Shown in pieces: positions 51,311-62,900 of a stretch of DNA of 64,000 nucleotides. The translations under genes and the position numbers were made by a program. Below the pieces are notes generated by a model, which was not told the origin of the DNA, searched no databases, and saw only the letters and a program-made list of their open reading frames with translations. The DNA is taken from contig PBVT01000123.1 of assembly GCA_002728755.1 (NCBI GenBank), positions 538 through 64,537 on the forward strand, written 5' to 3'. Origin of the DNA: Myxococcales bacterium. GTDB lineage: Bacteria; Myxococcota_A; UBA9042; UBA3505. Within the stretch, counting starts at the first letter, position 1; every line of letters begins with the position of its first letter.

Positions 51311-52351
51311 ATGAAAACCGAGGGATTACCTGTCGGCGTTGTAGGTGCCGGCTCATTCGGTACAACTCTGGCAATCCTGTTAGCAAACGCAGGTTGTGAC
51401 GTCTCGTTGTGGGGACGTTCGGAAGACGTCGTACGTACGATCAATGAAGAGCGGGAGAACCCACTCTATCTTCCAGATGTACGTCTACCCGACAATATCT
51501 CGGCCACCACAGACCTGGAACAAAGCGTCGCCAAGAAACGTATCATTCTCGGCGTCACACCCAGTCATGTGATCCGTGAGATCTTCGGTACAGCAGCGCC
51601 CTTTATCGATCCACAGACCATCGTTGTCTGCGCTTCGAAGGGTATCGAACAATCCAGCCTGGCAACCGTGGACCAGATGCTGATGGAGACCCTCCCAGCG
51701 GTCGCACCGGAGCACATCCTGGTGTTGTCTGGACCGTCCTTTGCTGTCGAATTAGCACGAAACGTCCCCACCGCTGTTACCCTGGCGGGCCCCGATGAAC
51801 AAACGGCACGACAGGTGCAATCGGTTCTTATGCAACCTCATTTCCGGGTCTATACCTCCCCCGACGTGGTCGGTGTTGCGGTTGGCGGTGCCATTAAGAA
51901 CGTAATCGCCATCGCCGTAGGTATCGCCGACGGTTTAAACCTCGGACATAATACCCGTGCTGGTCTGATCACCCGTGGGATTCGCGAATTGACCCGCCTG
52001 GCCGTCGCGCGCGGCGCGCACCCCATCACCTTAAGTGGTCTCTCAGGGTTGGGGGATCTGGTCCTCACATGCACCGGTGACCTGAGTCGCAACCGCCAGC
52101 TTGGCCTGGAATTGGGACGCGGTCGAACCGTACAAGAGATCGTCGACGGGATGCGCATGGTCGCAGAGGGCGTAAAGACCTCGCGAAGCGTCATACAGAT
52201 GGCCGAACAATACGACGTCGATGCTCCTATCTGCCAAGAAGTCTATAACGTCATCTATCGAGACAAACCTGCGGATGAGGGAGCACGAGACCTTATGCAC
52301 CGGCCCCCACGGTCGGAGCACGAATTTGATGACGATAACCCGGACACCTAA
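51311..52351 (+). CDS. gpsA: NAD(P)H-dependent glycerol-3-phosphate dehydrogenase
   Basis: VGVVGAGSFGTTLAILLA Rossmann N-terminus and the GpsA core blocks (GPSFA.E, GDL..TC...SRN...G). Confidence 0.93.
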   Translation: MKTEGLPVGVVGAGSFGTTLAILLANAGCDVSLWGRSEDVVRTINEERENPLYLPDVRLPDNISATTDLEQSVAKKRIILGVTPSHVIREIFGTAAPFIDPQTIVVCASKGIEQSSLATVDQMLMETLPAVAPEHILVLSGPSFAVELARNVPTAVTLAGPDEQTARQVQSVLMQPHFRVYTSPDVVGVAVGGAIKNVIAIAVGIADGLNLGHNTRAGLITRGIRELTRLAVARGAHPITLSGLSGLGDLVLTCTGDLSRNRQLGLELGRGRTVQEIVDGMRMVAEGVKTSRSVIQMAEQYDVDAPICQEVYNVIYRDKPADEGARDLMHRPPRSEHEFDDDNPDT

Positions 52352-52447
52352 CCGAAAGTCTCCATTGCGACCTGAGTGGGGTTTCGTTAAGGTTCGGCGA
52401 ATTGGTTCATCCAACCCGTTCCTGGAACCGTCCTCGGGGAAATATCA

Positions 52448-53782
52448 ATGCGAATATCCGTAATAGGCACCGGCTATGTCGGACTGGTCACCGGGGCGTG
52501 TCTCGCTGATTCTGGACATTCTGTTTGTTGCGTAGACATCGACGAGGCCAAGATCGCGAAACTCAATGATGGGATAATCCCTATCTACGAGCCCGGCCTT
52601 GAAGATCTGGTGGAAAGAAATACGCGCGAAAATAGACTCTCCTTCTCGTCGAACGTAACCGAAGCGATCGAATCCGGAGCCATTCTGTTCATCGCCGTTG
52701 GAACCCCTCCGGGCCCGGATGGTGCGGCCGATCTCAGCCATGTCTTCAACGTGGTACGAACAATCTCTGCGACGGCTACAAGCCCCAAGATCATTGTAAC
52801 CAAGTCCACGGTCCCCATTGGTACGGGCGAGAAAATCCGAGAGATTCTGGATACCAACGGTATCCGCCATGAAGTGGTCAGTAATCCCGAATTCCTTAAA
52901 GAAGGGGCAGCGATTTCGGATTTCACAAACCCCGATCGCATTGTGATTGGAACCAACAGCGCCCAGGCGATGAAGACCATGAAGCGTCTCTACCAGCCGA
53001 TCGTAGACGCTGCACCGTCACGCCGTGCCTCGGTTATAGAAATGGACATCGCCTCCGCGGAGATGACCAAGTATGCCGCTAACGCCATGCTGGCAACACG
53101 AATCTCCTTCATGAATGAGCTCGCCCGGCTATGCGGCAAAGTGGGCGCCGACGTAAAGCTCGTACAAAACGGCATCGGACTGGACCCCCGCATCGGGCAA
53201 CGATTCCTGAACCCGGGAATCGGCTATGGTGGCTCCTGCTTCCCCAAAGACGTACAGGCAATGATCGCCACGGGGCGTGAACACGATAGCCCATTTCAGA
53301 TTCTAGAAGCGGTTCACGCTGTAAATGAACGCCAGAAGAGCGTTTTGGTGGAGTTGATAACCTCCTACTATGGTGACGACCTCTCCAACCATACGTTCGC
53401 TGTATGGGGCTTGGCGTTCAAGCCAAATACGGACGATATGCGTGAGGCGCCATCCATCGTAATTATCGAAGCATTGCTATCCCACGGGGCTCGCATTGTT
53501 GCGTTCGATCCCGTGGCCCAGGCAAACGCGGAGAGCATCTGGGGCGATCGGATTTCCTACACAAACCTCAACAAGGACGCCCTCAAAGGGGCCGACGCGT
53601 TATTGGTGCTCACCGAATGGAAAGAGTTTCGAGTGCCGAACCTGGCTCGTATGAAAGATGAACTCGGTGCAGCCGTGGTATTCGATGGTCGAAACATCTA
53701 CGACCCCGACGTCATGCGTAAAGCAGGGTTCACCTACTTTAGCATCGGGCGTCCACCCGTACTTGCAGATACTGACGCCTAG
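52448..53782 (+). CDS. ugd: UDP-glucose 6-dehydrogenase
   Basis: MRISVIGTGYVGLVTGACLA, the catalytic GGSCFPKD, and the C-terminal UDP-binding domain. Confidence 0.9.
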   Translation: MRISVIGTGYVGLVTGACLADSGHSVCCVDIDEAKIAKLNDGIIPIYEPGLEDLVERNTRENRLSFSSNVTEAIESGAILFIAVGTPPGPDGAADLSHVFNVVRTISATATSPKIIVTKSTVPIGTGEKIREILDTNGIRHEVVSNPEFLKEGAAISDFTNPDRIVIGTNSAQAMKTMKRLYQPIVDAAPSRRASVIEMDIASAEMTKYAANAMLATRISFMNELARLCGKVGADVKLVQNGIGLDPRIGQRFLNPGIGYGGSCFPKDVQAMIATGREHDSPFQILEAVHAVNERQKSVLVELITSYYGDDLSNHTFAVWGLAFKPNTDDMREAPSIVIIEALLSHGARIVAFDPVAQANAESIWGDRISYTNLNKDALKGADALLVLTEWKEFRVPNLARMKDELGAAVVFDGRNIYDPDVMRKAGFTYFSIGRPPVLADTDA

Positions 53783-53821
53783 ACCGTCGCAAACGGTCTG
53801 GCGTTCGAGACCCAAGAAAAT

Positions 53822-56065
53822 ATGATCGATCCCAATACCCTGCTCACAGAGCTGAACCCCGCCCAACAGGAAGCTGTACGCTGGGACGGCCAAAACCTGC
53901 TGATTCTAGCGGGTGCGGGGTCGGGTAAAACACGTACTCTGACCTATCGGATCGCCTTCGGGGTCTGCACCGGACAGGTCGAACCCTACCAGGTTATGGC
54001 CGTCACCTTTTCAAACCGTGCTGCTCATGAGTTGCGTCATCGGATCGAACAACTTCTCTACTCCGGTCCCACAAGCCTGGGGCCATCCATCGCGGAACCG
54101 TTTCTAGGGATTACATTCCACGCTCTTGGTCTGCGTATCTTACGAGCTGCCGTACGAGCCGAGCATCCACGGATCCCCCTGAAGGATCGGTTTACCATCT
54201 ACGATGATGATGATCAGAAGTCACTCCTGAAGCGAATCCTTACGGAACGGAAAATGTCCCACGATGCATCGGATCTACGATCCTATGCAGGGGCCATTAG
54301 TTGGGAAAAGTCCGCCGGTCGAAGTCCCGCGGACTGTGCGAAGCAAGCTGTGCCGCCCCGGCTGACCGACTTCCATGAAGTCTATGGGCAGTACAACCAA
54401 GCCCTACGGCAAAGTAACGCTGTCGATTTTGGCGATCTGCTCTGCCTCCCCGTAGATCTCCTACGCGAAGATGTCGAATTACGACTGCGCTACCAACGGC
54501 GATTCCCCTGGCTTCTCGTGGACGAATTCCAGGACACCAACACCATTCAAATGGCCCTGGTTCGCCTCTTAACCGGCCCGGAGACTCGCCTCTCTGTTGT
54601 CGGAGATGACGATCAATCCATCTACCGATGGCGCGGCGCCCAGATTCAAAACATCCTGGGTTTTCCCGAAAACTTCGATGCCACCCATGTGATCAAATTG
54701 GAACAGAACTATCGCTCCTCTGGGCATATTCTGGGTGCAGCCAACGCGATCATCGCGCGAAACGAAGGGCGTCATCCGAAGGAACTATGGACCGCGGCAG
54801 GTGATGGCTCGAAGGTAGCAGTGCGAGCCTATGAGGACGACCGGCAAGAGGCTCGAACCGTCGTGCAGCGGCTCACCGACCTATTGCATACGGACGCAGA
54901 CAACACCCCCTGGGACGCCCACGCGCCGGTCGCGGTGTTCTATCGGACCCACGCACAGAGCCTTCTGCTCGAAGAAGCCCTGCGCCTCGCCAACATCCCC
55001 TACAGAGTTTACGGCGGGATGCGATTCTACGATCGAAAAGAGATCAAAGATGTGCTCGCCTACGCTCGCATCATTGAGAACCCGGACGACAACGAAGCGT
55101 TTTTACGAATCGTAAACTTTCCGGCTCGTGGGATTGGAAAAGTCAGTGTTGAGAAGCTCATACAGCGTGCACAGACCGACCGCGTCTCCCTCCTGGAAGC
55201 GGCTACAGCAATGGCTGTCAGCGGCGGAGATCGTGTCGCCAAGAAACTCATCCCCTTCGTTCAGTTGCTTGGAGAGCTACGGCATTCCCTTCATGGGATG
55301 CCCGCTGGCCTGGGCATTGAGGAGATCATCGAGCAATCGGGCCTGAAAGATGCCTTTGCCCGCGATAAATCCATCGAAAACGTATCGCGACTTGAGAATA
55401 TCGCCGCGCTGGTGAACGCAGCCCATGACTTCGCCAGAGAGGCATCAGACCCGACCCTGGCCAGTTTCCTTGAAGGCATCGTGCTCCGAAGCCAGACCGA
55501 CGATCTGGAAGCTGGGCAAGCGCATGTGGCCTTAATGACACTGCATAACGCCAAAGGTCTGGAATTCGACCACGTCTTTATGGTGGGTGTGGAAGAGAAT
55601 CTCCTCCCCCATGTAAATAGCCGTGACCCCGACGAAATCGAAGAAGAACGTCGACTCCTGTACGTGGGCATGACCCGAGCTCGTAAGACTCTCGACATCT
55701 GTTACGCCCGCAGGCGGCAACGCTACGGAACCTATAGTTCGTCCTTCCCCTCCTATTTCCTGGAAGATCTGCCAGACGAACATGTGGAGCGTTCCACAGG
55801 CCAATGGAATCGTCCGTCCATGCGTCGGCAAAAACAGCCGGCAGGAGGTCATTGGGCAGACGATTACATTTCCGAAACGACATACGAAGCAGACCCACAG
55901 CCAGAAGGTTCGATGGTGGGTCGCAGCGTTTCCCATGCCACTTTTGGAATGGGTCGGATTCGTCGTGTTGTGGGCAGCCCAGGCCCGAATTCCGTCGTAG
56001 TGGTAGACTTCAGTGACGGTGTGCAAAGGAAGATTATCGCCCGGTTCCTGCAACCACAGGGCTGA
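53822..56065 (+). CDS. uvrD: ATP-dependent DNA helicase, UvrD/PcrA family
   Basis: LNPAQQEAV, GAGSGKTRTLTYRIA (motif I), LLVDEFQDTN, and the later SF1 motifs. Confidence 0.92.
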   Translation: MIDPNTLLTELNPAQQEAVRWDGQNLLILAGAGSGKTRTLTYRIAFGVCTGQVEPYQVMAVTFSNRAAHELRHRIEQLLYSGPTSLGPSIAEPFLGITFHALGLRILRAAVRAEHPRIPLKDRFTIYDDDDQKSLLKRILTERKMSHDASDLRSYAGAISWEKSAGRSPADCAKQAVPPRLTDFHEVYGQYNQALRQSNAVDFGDLLCLPVDLLREDVELRLRYQRRFPWLLVDEFQDTNTIQMALVRLLTGPETRLSVVGDDDQSIYRWRGAQIQNILGFPENFDATHVIKLEQNYRSSGHILGAANAIIARNEGRHPKELWTAAGDGSKVAVRAYEDDRQEARTVVQRLTDLLHTDADNTPWDAHAPVAVFYRTHAQSLLLEEALRLANIPYRVYGGMRFYDRKEIKDVLAYARIIENPDDNEAFLRIVNFPARGIGKVSVEKLIQRAQTDRVSLLEAATAMAVSGGDRVAKKLIPFVQLLGELRHSLHGMPAGLGIEEIIEQSGLKDAFARDKSIENVSRLENIAALVNAAHDFAREASDPTLASFLEGIVLRSQTDDLEAGQAHVALMTLHNAKGLEFDHVFMVGVEENLLPHVNSRDPDEIEEERRLLYVGMTRARKTLDICYARRRQRYGTYSSSFPSYFLEDLPDEHVERSTGQWNRPSMRRQKQPAGGHWADDYISETTYEADPQPEGSMVGRSVSHATFGMGRIRRVVGSPGPNSVVVVDFSDGVQRKIIARFLQPQG

Positions 56066-56115
56066 TTGTTGCCGCAGGGCTTCCCCCAGGCCTTCTTTTC
56101 CGATAGGTTTCCCCT

Positions 56116-57072
56116 ATGCTGGCTGAACAGTTCGAGAAGCGACTCATCTTCTTCGCAGGAAAAGGCGGTGTCGGACGTACGACCCTCTCCGCGGCGATCG
56201 GACTTGCGCACGCCCGAAGAAAACGGCGTACGTTGATCGTGGAAATGGGGGCTACTCCGCAGATGCCGTCCCTGTTCGGGGGAGAGTCTCGCTCCAGCTA
56301 CGAGCCCATTCGTCTGATGAAGGATCTCCCGCTCTACACCTGCCATCTGACGCCAAAGGAAGCCCTCGCCGAATACGGTGTGATGAAGCTCAAGATGCGC
56401 AGTGTCTATAAGCTTGTATTCGAGAACGACTTTATGAAGCGGCTGGTGGAGTGGGTTCCTGGTATGGACGAGCTGCTTCTCATCGGCAAGATCTGGTTTA
56501 TCGAGCAGCAACGCGACCGAAACGGCCGCCCGATGTACGACAGAATCATTGTAGACGCACCGGCCACAGGCCATGGCGTGAGTCTGCTCCAACTTCCATC
56601 GGTCATCGTAGATGCGGTCAAGAGCGGACCCTTTGCTACGGACTCACGCCCCATTCAGGATCTTCTACAAGATCCAACGCGTACATTGGTTCATCTTGTT
56701 TCCCTGCCAGAAGAGTTACCCGTTCGTGAAACCCTGGAGCTGTCCGAGAGAATCCGAACCGATCTGAACATCTCTCTCGGGTGCTGCTTTGTGAACCGGG
56801 TCTGGCCCAAACCATTTACAGCCAGAGAACAGCGAATCGCCGGTCAGCTTCGAGCTGCCGTGCGTGGACGAGATTCGAACCTCGACACCATGATGGACCA
56901 AGTCATCAACGCAAGCCAGAGACGCGATAAACAACAGAAAAACATCCGAACCCTACAGGGTGAACTTTCAGAGCTACCCATTATTCAGGTTCCAAGGCTC
57001 TTTACGGATCGAATTGGAATGGAAGAACTGGACACGCTGAGTCATCACATGGGAAAGGAGCAACATGCCTAG
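56116..57072 (+). CDS. ArsA/Get3-like ATPase of the SIMIBI class, a single-domain homologue
   Basis: Deviant Walker A FFAGKGGVGRTTLSAA, the DAPATGH switch region, and ArsA-like length and layout for one half. No arsenic-resistance context. Confidence 0.78.
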   Translation: MLAEQFEKRLIFFAGKGGVGRTTLSAAIGLAHARRKRRTLIVEMGATPQMPSLFGGESRSSYEPIRLMKDLPLYTCHLTPKEALAEYGVMKLKMRSVYKLVFENDFMKRLVEWVPGMDELLLIGKIWFIEQQRDRNGRPMYDRIIVDAPATGHGVSLLQLPSVIVDAVKSGPFATDSRPIQDLLQDPTRTLVHLVSLPEELPVRETLELSERIRTDLNISLGCCFVNRVWPKPFTAREQRIAGQLRAAVRGRDSNLDTMMDQVINASQRRDKQQKNIRTLQGELSELPIIQVPRLFTDRIGMEELDTLSHHMGKEQHA

Positions 57073-57089
57073 TTTGGAAGGATCGCTGC

Positions 57090-59900
57090 ATGAACACTGA
57101 GCAAAACCAAACCGTCATCCCCCCTGGTGTAGAACACGATATCAGCGTTCCCTTTGGGAATGGTGGACAAACGGCCGACCGCTATCGATTCGAAAACGGC
57201 CTTACGCTACTTCTTGTGGAAGACCATAGTGCCCCCGTTTTCAGTTTTCAGATGTGGTATAAGGTCGGTTCTTCTCATGAACAGGCCTCTAAAACCGGTC
57301 TGGCCCACTTCTTTGAACACCTGATGTTCAAAGGAACAGAGAAACACCCGGAAGGTGAGTTCGATCGTCTGATGGAGCGTCGCGGAGCCCAGACCAACGC
57401 AGGAACCTGGCTCGATTGGACCTTCTATTATGAGAACCTCCCCTCAGGCACTGTGCCCGCCGACGACGGCACGATCTTCGATCGAGGGCGCGACAACTTC
57501 GCCACCGTCGCGGAGTTTGAATCGGACCGCATGCAACATCTTCGCGTAGAGGAAGGTCCCTTCCTATCCGAACTGGAAGTGGTCAAGAATGAACGGCTCC
57601 TGCGGGTAGATAACGACCCCGAAGGTCGAATGGACGAAGAGTTATGGGCCCTCGCCTACGATGAGCACCCCTACCACTGGCCAACCATCGGCTGGATGAA
57701 GCACCTCGAGCGTATGAGCCTCGACGATGCCAAGAATTTTTACCGGAATTTCTACGCACCGAACCGAGCCACCATGGTCGTGGTTGGCGACGTCGATCGC
57801 CAGTTTGTGTTGGATACCATCGCAGAACACTTCGGTCCGATTCCATCGCAGGACGTGCAAATACCGACACGCACCTATGATCCACCACAGCAGTCGGAAC
57901 GCCGGAAAACCTTATCTCTTCCATTGGCCCACGAACGTGCGCTGATTGGCTACCATATTCCGGGTCTAAACCACGAGGATCTTCCTGCTCTAGACGTACT
58001 ATGCGAGATCCTTTTCAACTCCGACAGCTCGCGCGCAGAAAAAGTGCTGGTCCACGAAACGGAAACGGCCCTTGATGTCTCCTGCTGGGTCGGTCCGTTC
58101 CAGGATCCGAGCCTTATGCAGATGACGCTGAACTGCCAAACCGGTGAAAAAGCCGAAAAAGCCATCCAGATTCTAGATGATCTGCTCACTGAACTGCGCT
58201 CGAATGGTGTCAAAGAGAGCGAGGTCCAACGCGCCATCAATAAAATCAAGATGTCGATGCTGCGCTCCATGCTTGCGGCCCATAGCCGCGCGTATCAACT
58301 GGGCTTCTACGAGACAACATCGGGAGATTTCCAGAATCTGTTCCGGTATATGGAACGGGTAGTCAAAATCTCCGCGACGGATGTTCTTCGCGTCGCCCGC
58401 TCGTACCTGGAACCGCGCAATCGAGCGATTATCATTGGTCTGCCCGATGAAGGTGCGGGCGCCCGGACGGACGGCTCGGCCAGCCAACCCATGGCTCGTG
58501 GTCCTCTACTCCACCGCCCCGACCTGGCGGCTCCACCGGAGCCGACCTCTGATCTAGCGGCCCTCGGAGGAGCGACCCAAACCCTCAATGGCATCGACTG
58601 TATTGTCGTCGAATCTCCCGAAGTTCCACACGTCGCCTTTGTCATGGAGTTCCACTGTGGAAGCATTCAGGATCCACCCGAGAAAGAAGGGCTCGCCTAT
58701 CTGGTCGGCGAGATGCTGTTTCGTGGTACGGAGAACTATGATCGGGAACAACTAGCGGAAGCTCTCGACGCAATTGGCTGTACGCTCCGCGTTCGAATCC
58801 GGAAAAATATGATGACCCTTCAGGGGGATGTTGCGTCAGAGCATCTCGACACCTATATCGGGATCCTCTCCGAAGTTCTCTTTCGACCAACGTTTCCCGC
58901 CGACGAGCTAGAGAAGCTCAAGCGGCAAACAACAAGTGAGATCCGTAGCATCTGTGATGATGATTCAGCCCTCGCTCGCCGTGGTTTTAGTCGTCTGGTC
59001 TTTGAAGACCATCCCTGGTCACGTCCAACAATGGGCTCAGAAGACACCATCCAGTCTCTGACCCTCGACGACGTGACGTCTTTCTATCAGACCCGTTTTC
59101 GCCCCGCCTATGTGACCATCGGTACCAGCGGAGACATTACGACGGAACGACTTGCCACATTGGTCGACACCCATTTCAAAGGGCATGGCTTCTCAACGGT
59201 GCGTCCCACGGTCAGTCTACCAAGCCCGCGTACGCTGTCCGGTCAGACTGTCATTCTGATGGACAAACCGGAACGAAGTCAGACCCAGGTACTCCTCGGC
59301 CATATCGCGATTCCAGCAGGGCACCCGGATATGGTGCCTCTAGCTGTGGGAAATACCGCCTTTGGAGGAACCTTCACATCACGGTTGATGCAGGAGGTGC
59401 GTGTAAAACGTGGTTGGTCCTATGGGGCCTACAGCGGATTCTCCGTTGGACGAGAACTCAGTACCTACCATGTGAATTTCTATCCAAAGACAGAAGATAC
59501 AGTGCCCGCACTTGAGCTGGTGTTGGATCTAATGAAGAAATTAACCGACGAAGGGCTGCCCGAAGAGGAGCTGGCGTTTGCACGTTCCTACCGCGTAAAC
59601 GCCTATCCATTCAGCCTGGAAACGCACCCCAAACGCCTGTCGTTGCTCATGAACTCCCGTTATCTGGAACGTCCAGCCGATTGGATTATCGGGCATATCG
59701 ACCGAACCTCTGGAGTCACAACAGACCAGGTCTCACATGCGCTGGGTAGTCATATATCGCCAGAAAATATGGTGATCGCAATTACCTGTACAGCGGACGA
59801 TATCCTGGAAGATGTGAAGAAGTTACCAGGTGTACGTGAAGTCTTTGTTCAGACCTACGATCAGCCCTGGGATCCAAAGCGAGTCTACGGTTCGGAATGA
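57090..59900 (+). CDS. Fused tandem M16 zinc peptidase (936 aa: active half plus inactive half)
   Basis: HFFEHLMFKGTEKH (HxxEH) in the first half. The second half is M16-like without the motif. Confidence 0.88.
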   Translation: MNTEQNQTVIPPGVEHDISVPFGNGGQTADRYRFENGLTLLLVEDHSAPVFSFQMWYKVGSSHEQASKTGLAHFFEHLMFKGTEKHPEGEFDRLMERRGAQTNAGTWLDWTFYYENLPSGTVPADDGTIFDRGRDNFATVAEFESDRMQHLRVEEGPFLSELEVVKNERLLRVDNDPEGRMDEELWALAYDEHPYHWPTIGWMKHLERMSLDDAKNFYRNFYAPNRATMVVVGDVDRQFVLDTIAEHFGPIPSQDVQIPTRTYDPPQQSERRKTLSLPLAHERALIGYHIPGLNHEDLPALDVLCEILFNSDSSRAEKVLVHETETALDVSCWVGPFQDPSLMQMTLNCQTGEKAEKAIQILDDLLTELRSNGVKESEVQRAINKIKMSMLRSMLAAHSRAYQLGFYETTSGDFQNLFRYMERVVKISATDVLRVARSYLEPRNRAIIIGLPDEGAGARTDGSASQPMARGPLLHRPDLAAPPEPTSDLAALGGATQTLNGIDCIVVESPEVPHVAFVMEFHCGSIQDPPEKEGLAYLVGEMLFRGTENYDREQLAEALDAIGCTLRVRIRKNMMTLQGDVASEHLDTYIGILSEVLFRPTFPADELEKLKRQTTSEIRSICDDDSALARRGFSRLVFEDHPWSRPTMGSEDTIQSLTLDDVTSFYQTRFRPAYVTIGTSGDITTERLATLVDTHFKGHGFSTVRPTVSLPSPRTLSGQTVILMDKPERSQTQVLLGHIAIPAGHPDMVPLAVGNTAFGGTFTSRLMQEVRVKRGWSYGAYSGFSVGRELSTYHVNFYPKTEDTVPALELVLDLMKKLTDEGLPEEELAFARSYRVNAYPFSLETHPKRLSLLMNSRYLERPADWIIGHIDRTSGVTTDQVSHALGSHISPENMVIAITCTADDILEDVKKLPGVREVFVQTYDQPWDPKRVYGSE

Positions 59901-62900
59901 CGCCGGAAGGGCAAAGGCAGGGTTTTCCTGCTCTAGAAGGCTTCCTGGATCGACGTGACCGACGTACTGTCGTCGCACACGTACCGGAGCTTATCCTTCC
60001 TCTATTTGCGGGGGTTCTGGTTCGAACCAGCGAACGGTTGACCTGGGTTGTCACGGGAACCATGGAAGAGGCCAAAGAGCTGACGGCCTCCTTAACCACC
60101 GGTCGAGCCACGCCAACCCCAATGATTCCAGACGCGTGCTGGCTACCTCCCTTGGCATGGAACCCCTACCAGGAGTTTGGCGATCATGACGTCCGGGTGA
60201 TTCGACACCTGGCCACTCTATATCGACTCTATAACGACCCACCTCGAATCGTCGTAACAGACGCAGCCACTCTCGCCACACGAACTCTTCCACGGCGCCT
60301 CTTCGAAGACCTCACAGTCACAATCTCCATCGGGGACGTGGTCGATCGGGACGACTTCGCCAAATCCCTGATACAAGCTGGATATCGCCGCGCCGAGCTC
60401 GTCATAGAACCAGGACAGTTTGCCGTTCGTGGGGGAATCGTCGATGTGTTCCCACCACATCAGGCCCGCCCAGGTCGAGTGGATCTATTTGGTGACGAGG
60501 TGGAGCGAATCACCGGATTCAACCCCTCCACACAGCGATCCCGTGGACGGTTGGACAGGCTTCATTGTCCCCCAGCCTCCGCCTTTGTTTTTCCACGAGC
60601 ACAAGTGGAAGAGGTCGAAGAGCGCGTTCGAGATCTAGCCGAGCAATGCGAGGTCCCTTCCCTGCGCCTTGCCGCGCATATTGAAGATGTACGTACGGGA
60701 AACCTGGGCTGGTCTGCCCTTGGTTTCCTACCGGCTGTCCATGAGGAATTCGGGCCCGTGTCCGACCTGGTGGACTCTACCGTACGAGTTCTTCTCGACG
60801 ATCCCGTCCGGCTACAAAAGATCGAGAACGAAAACCGAGAGCGGTGGACCACCGATTACGAGTCGGCTGTCGCGGCCCATCACCCAGCATCACCTCCAGA
60901 GCGGTTCCTTTCGAATACAACGCTCGAGGAATGGCTAGGAACGCGAAACGACAGCATTACAGTAGCGTCTACCGCAACAGAAGAAGAGGCGAATTGGCTT
61001 ATCGATATCGAAGGGATCACCGATCTCCGCCTACTTCTTCAATCCAGAAGTGATGCAGAGCATCCATTTCGCCCCGTCGCCAACCGTTTACGATCCTGGG
61101 TCGACGAAGGCTTTACGGTGCATGTCCTCGCCAATAGCGCCGCTCAACTGCGTCGTATTGAGAAGCTGATCTCCTCCTATGAACAATCGGTCTCCAGAGG
61201 ACAGACCTCACAGTTCGCCGAACATGAAGCGGGAATCTATCTCTGGAAGGGTAGTATTCCACGAGGCTTTCGATGCCCTGCCCTGGGCATAGCCTTTGTA
61301 GACGAGTCGGATCTTTTTGGAGCAAGAACCCATCACCGATCCGCGCAACATACCCCTCCGGAAGACCTCATACGTTCATTCCGCGAATTGAACCCCGGAG
61401 ATTTTATCGTACACCGCGACCACGGAATCGGTCGGTTTGTCGCATTGGAACGATTGCAGGCTGGCGGTGTCGACACCGATTTTCTCCGACTCGAATACGC
61501 CGATAAAGCCACCCTCTTTCTACCCGTCACTCGGATCGGCTTGCTTCAGCGGTATGTTTGTAGTGGCCGAGACGACTATGTCCCGCCACTGCATAAGCTC
61601 GGGGGTACCCGCTGGAAGACCAGCCGAAAAAAGGCTCGAGAGGCCGCTGAAAAGCTTGCAAGTGAGCTTTTGGCTCTCTACGCCAAACGAACGACTGCGA
61701 AAGGATTCGCCTTTACTCCGCCGGACCAGCTGTACGCCCAGTTTGAAGCCAACTTTCCGTTCCGGGAAACCCCCGATCAGGAGCGGGCTATCGCCGAAGT
61801 TCTCGACGATATGCAGAAGTCCCAACCCATGGACAGAGTCGTTTGTGGGGATGTGGGATATGGAAAAACAGAGGTCGCTCTCCGTGCAGCCTTCAAGGCT
61901 ATCGAAGACAATAAGCAGGTTGTCGTTCTGGTGCCGACAACCATTCTGGCGGAACAGCATTATCTAACCATGAAGGAGCGCTTGCACGGCTTTGGGATCC
62001 GTGTCGAACAACTCAGCCGGTTTGTCTCAGCTGCCCAACAACGCACCGTGCTGGCAGACGCTAGAGCCGGTCGCGTAGATCTCGTCGTTGGGACCCATCG
62101 ACTTCTCCAGGACGATGTTCAGTTCGCCGATCTTGGTTTATTGGTTATCGACGAAGAGCATCGCTTTGGCGTCCGCCATAAGGAGAAGCTCAAGAAATGG
62201 CGGGCATCCGTAGATGTCTTGAGTCTTAGCGCGACCCCGATTCCACGAACCTTGAATATGGCGATGTTGGGAATTCGTGATCTGAGCACTATCACCACGG
62301 CCCCCGTGGGGCGGCAGGCCATTACAACTCATGTCGCTTCATTCCGTAGCCCGGCTATCGCCGAGGGGATTCAAGCCGAGCTCGACCGGGGTGGCCAGGT
62401 CTACTATGTGACGAATCGCATTCAGGGCATCGGAAAAATCCAGGACGATCTTCACGCCCTCTTTGAAGACCTCGTCATTGAGGTTGCCCACGGGCAGATG
62501 CCCGCCCGGAAGCTCGAAAATGTGATGCGCCGCTTCATTCATGGCGAAATCGATATTCTGGTAACAACCACCATCGTGGAGAGTGGTATCGACGTACCCA
62601 ACGCCAACACCATGTTCATCCATCACGCTGAACGCTTCGGGCTCGCCCAGCTATACCAACTTCGAGGGCGTATCGGCCGAAGTCATCGCAAGGCATTTTG
62701 TACATTCCTTGTACCCGATCAGGACTATCTGACCGATGAATCCCGGCGCCGTATCGGTGTACTTCAGCGTATGTCTTCTCTTGGAAGTGGTCTTCGTCTA
62801 GCCCTCGAAGATATGGAGATCCGAGGAGCTGGTAATCTTCTTGGCCGCGAACAACACGGAACCATTGATGCGATTGGCTACGACGCCTTTATGGACCTAC

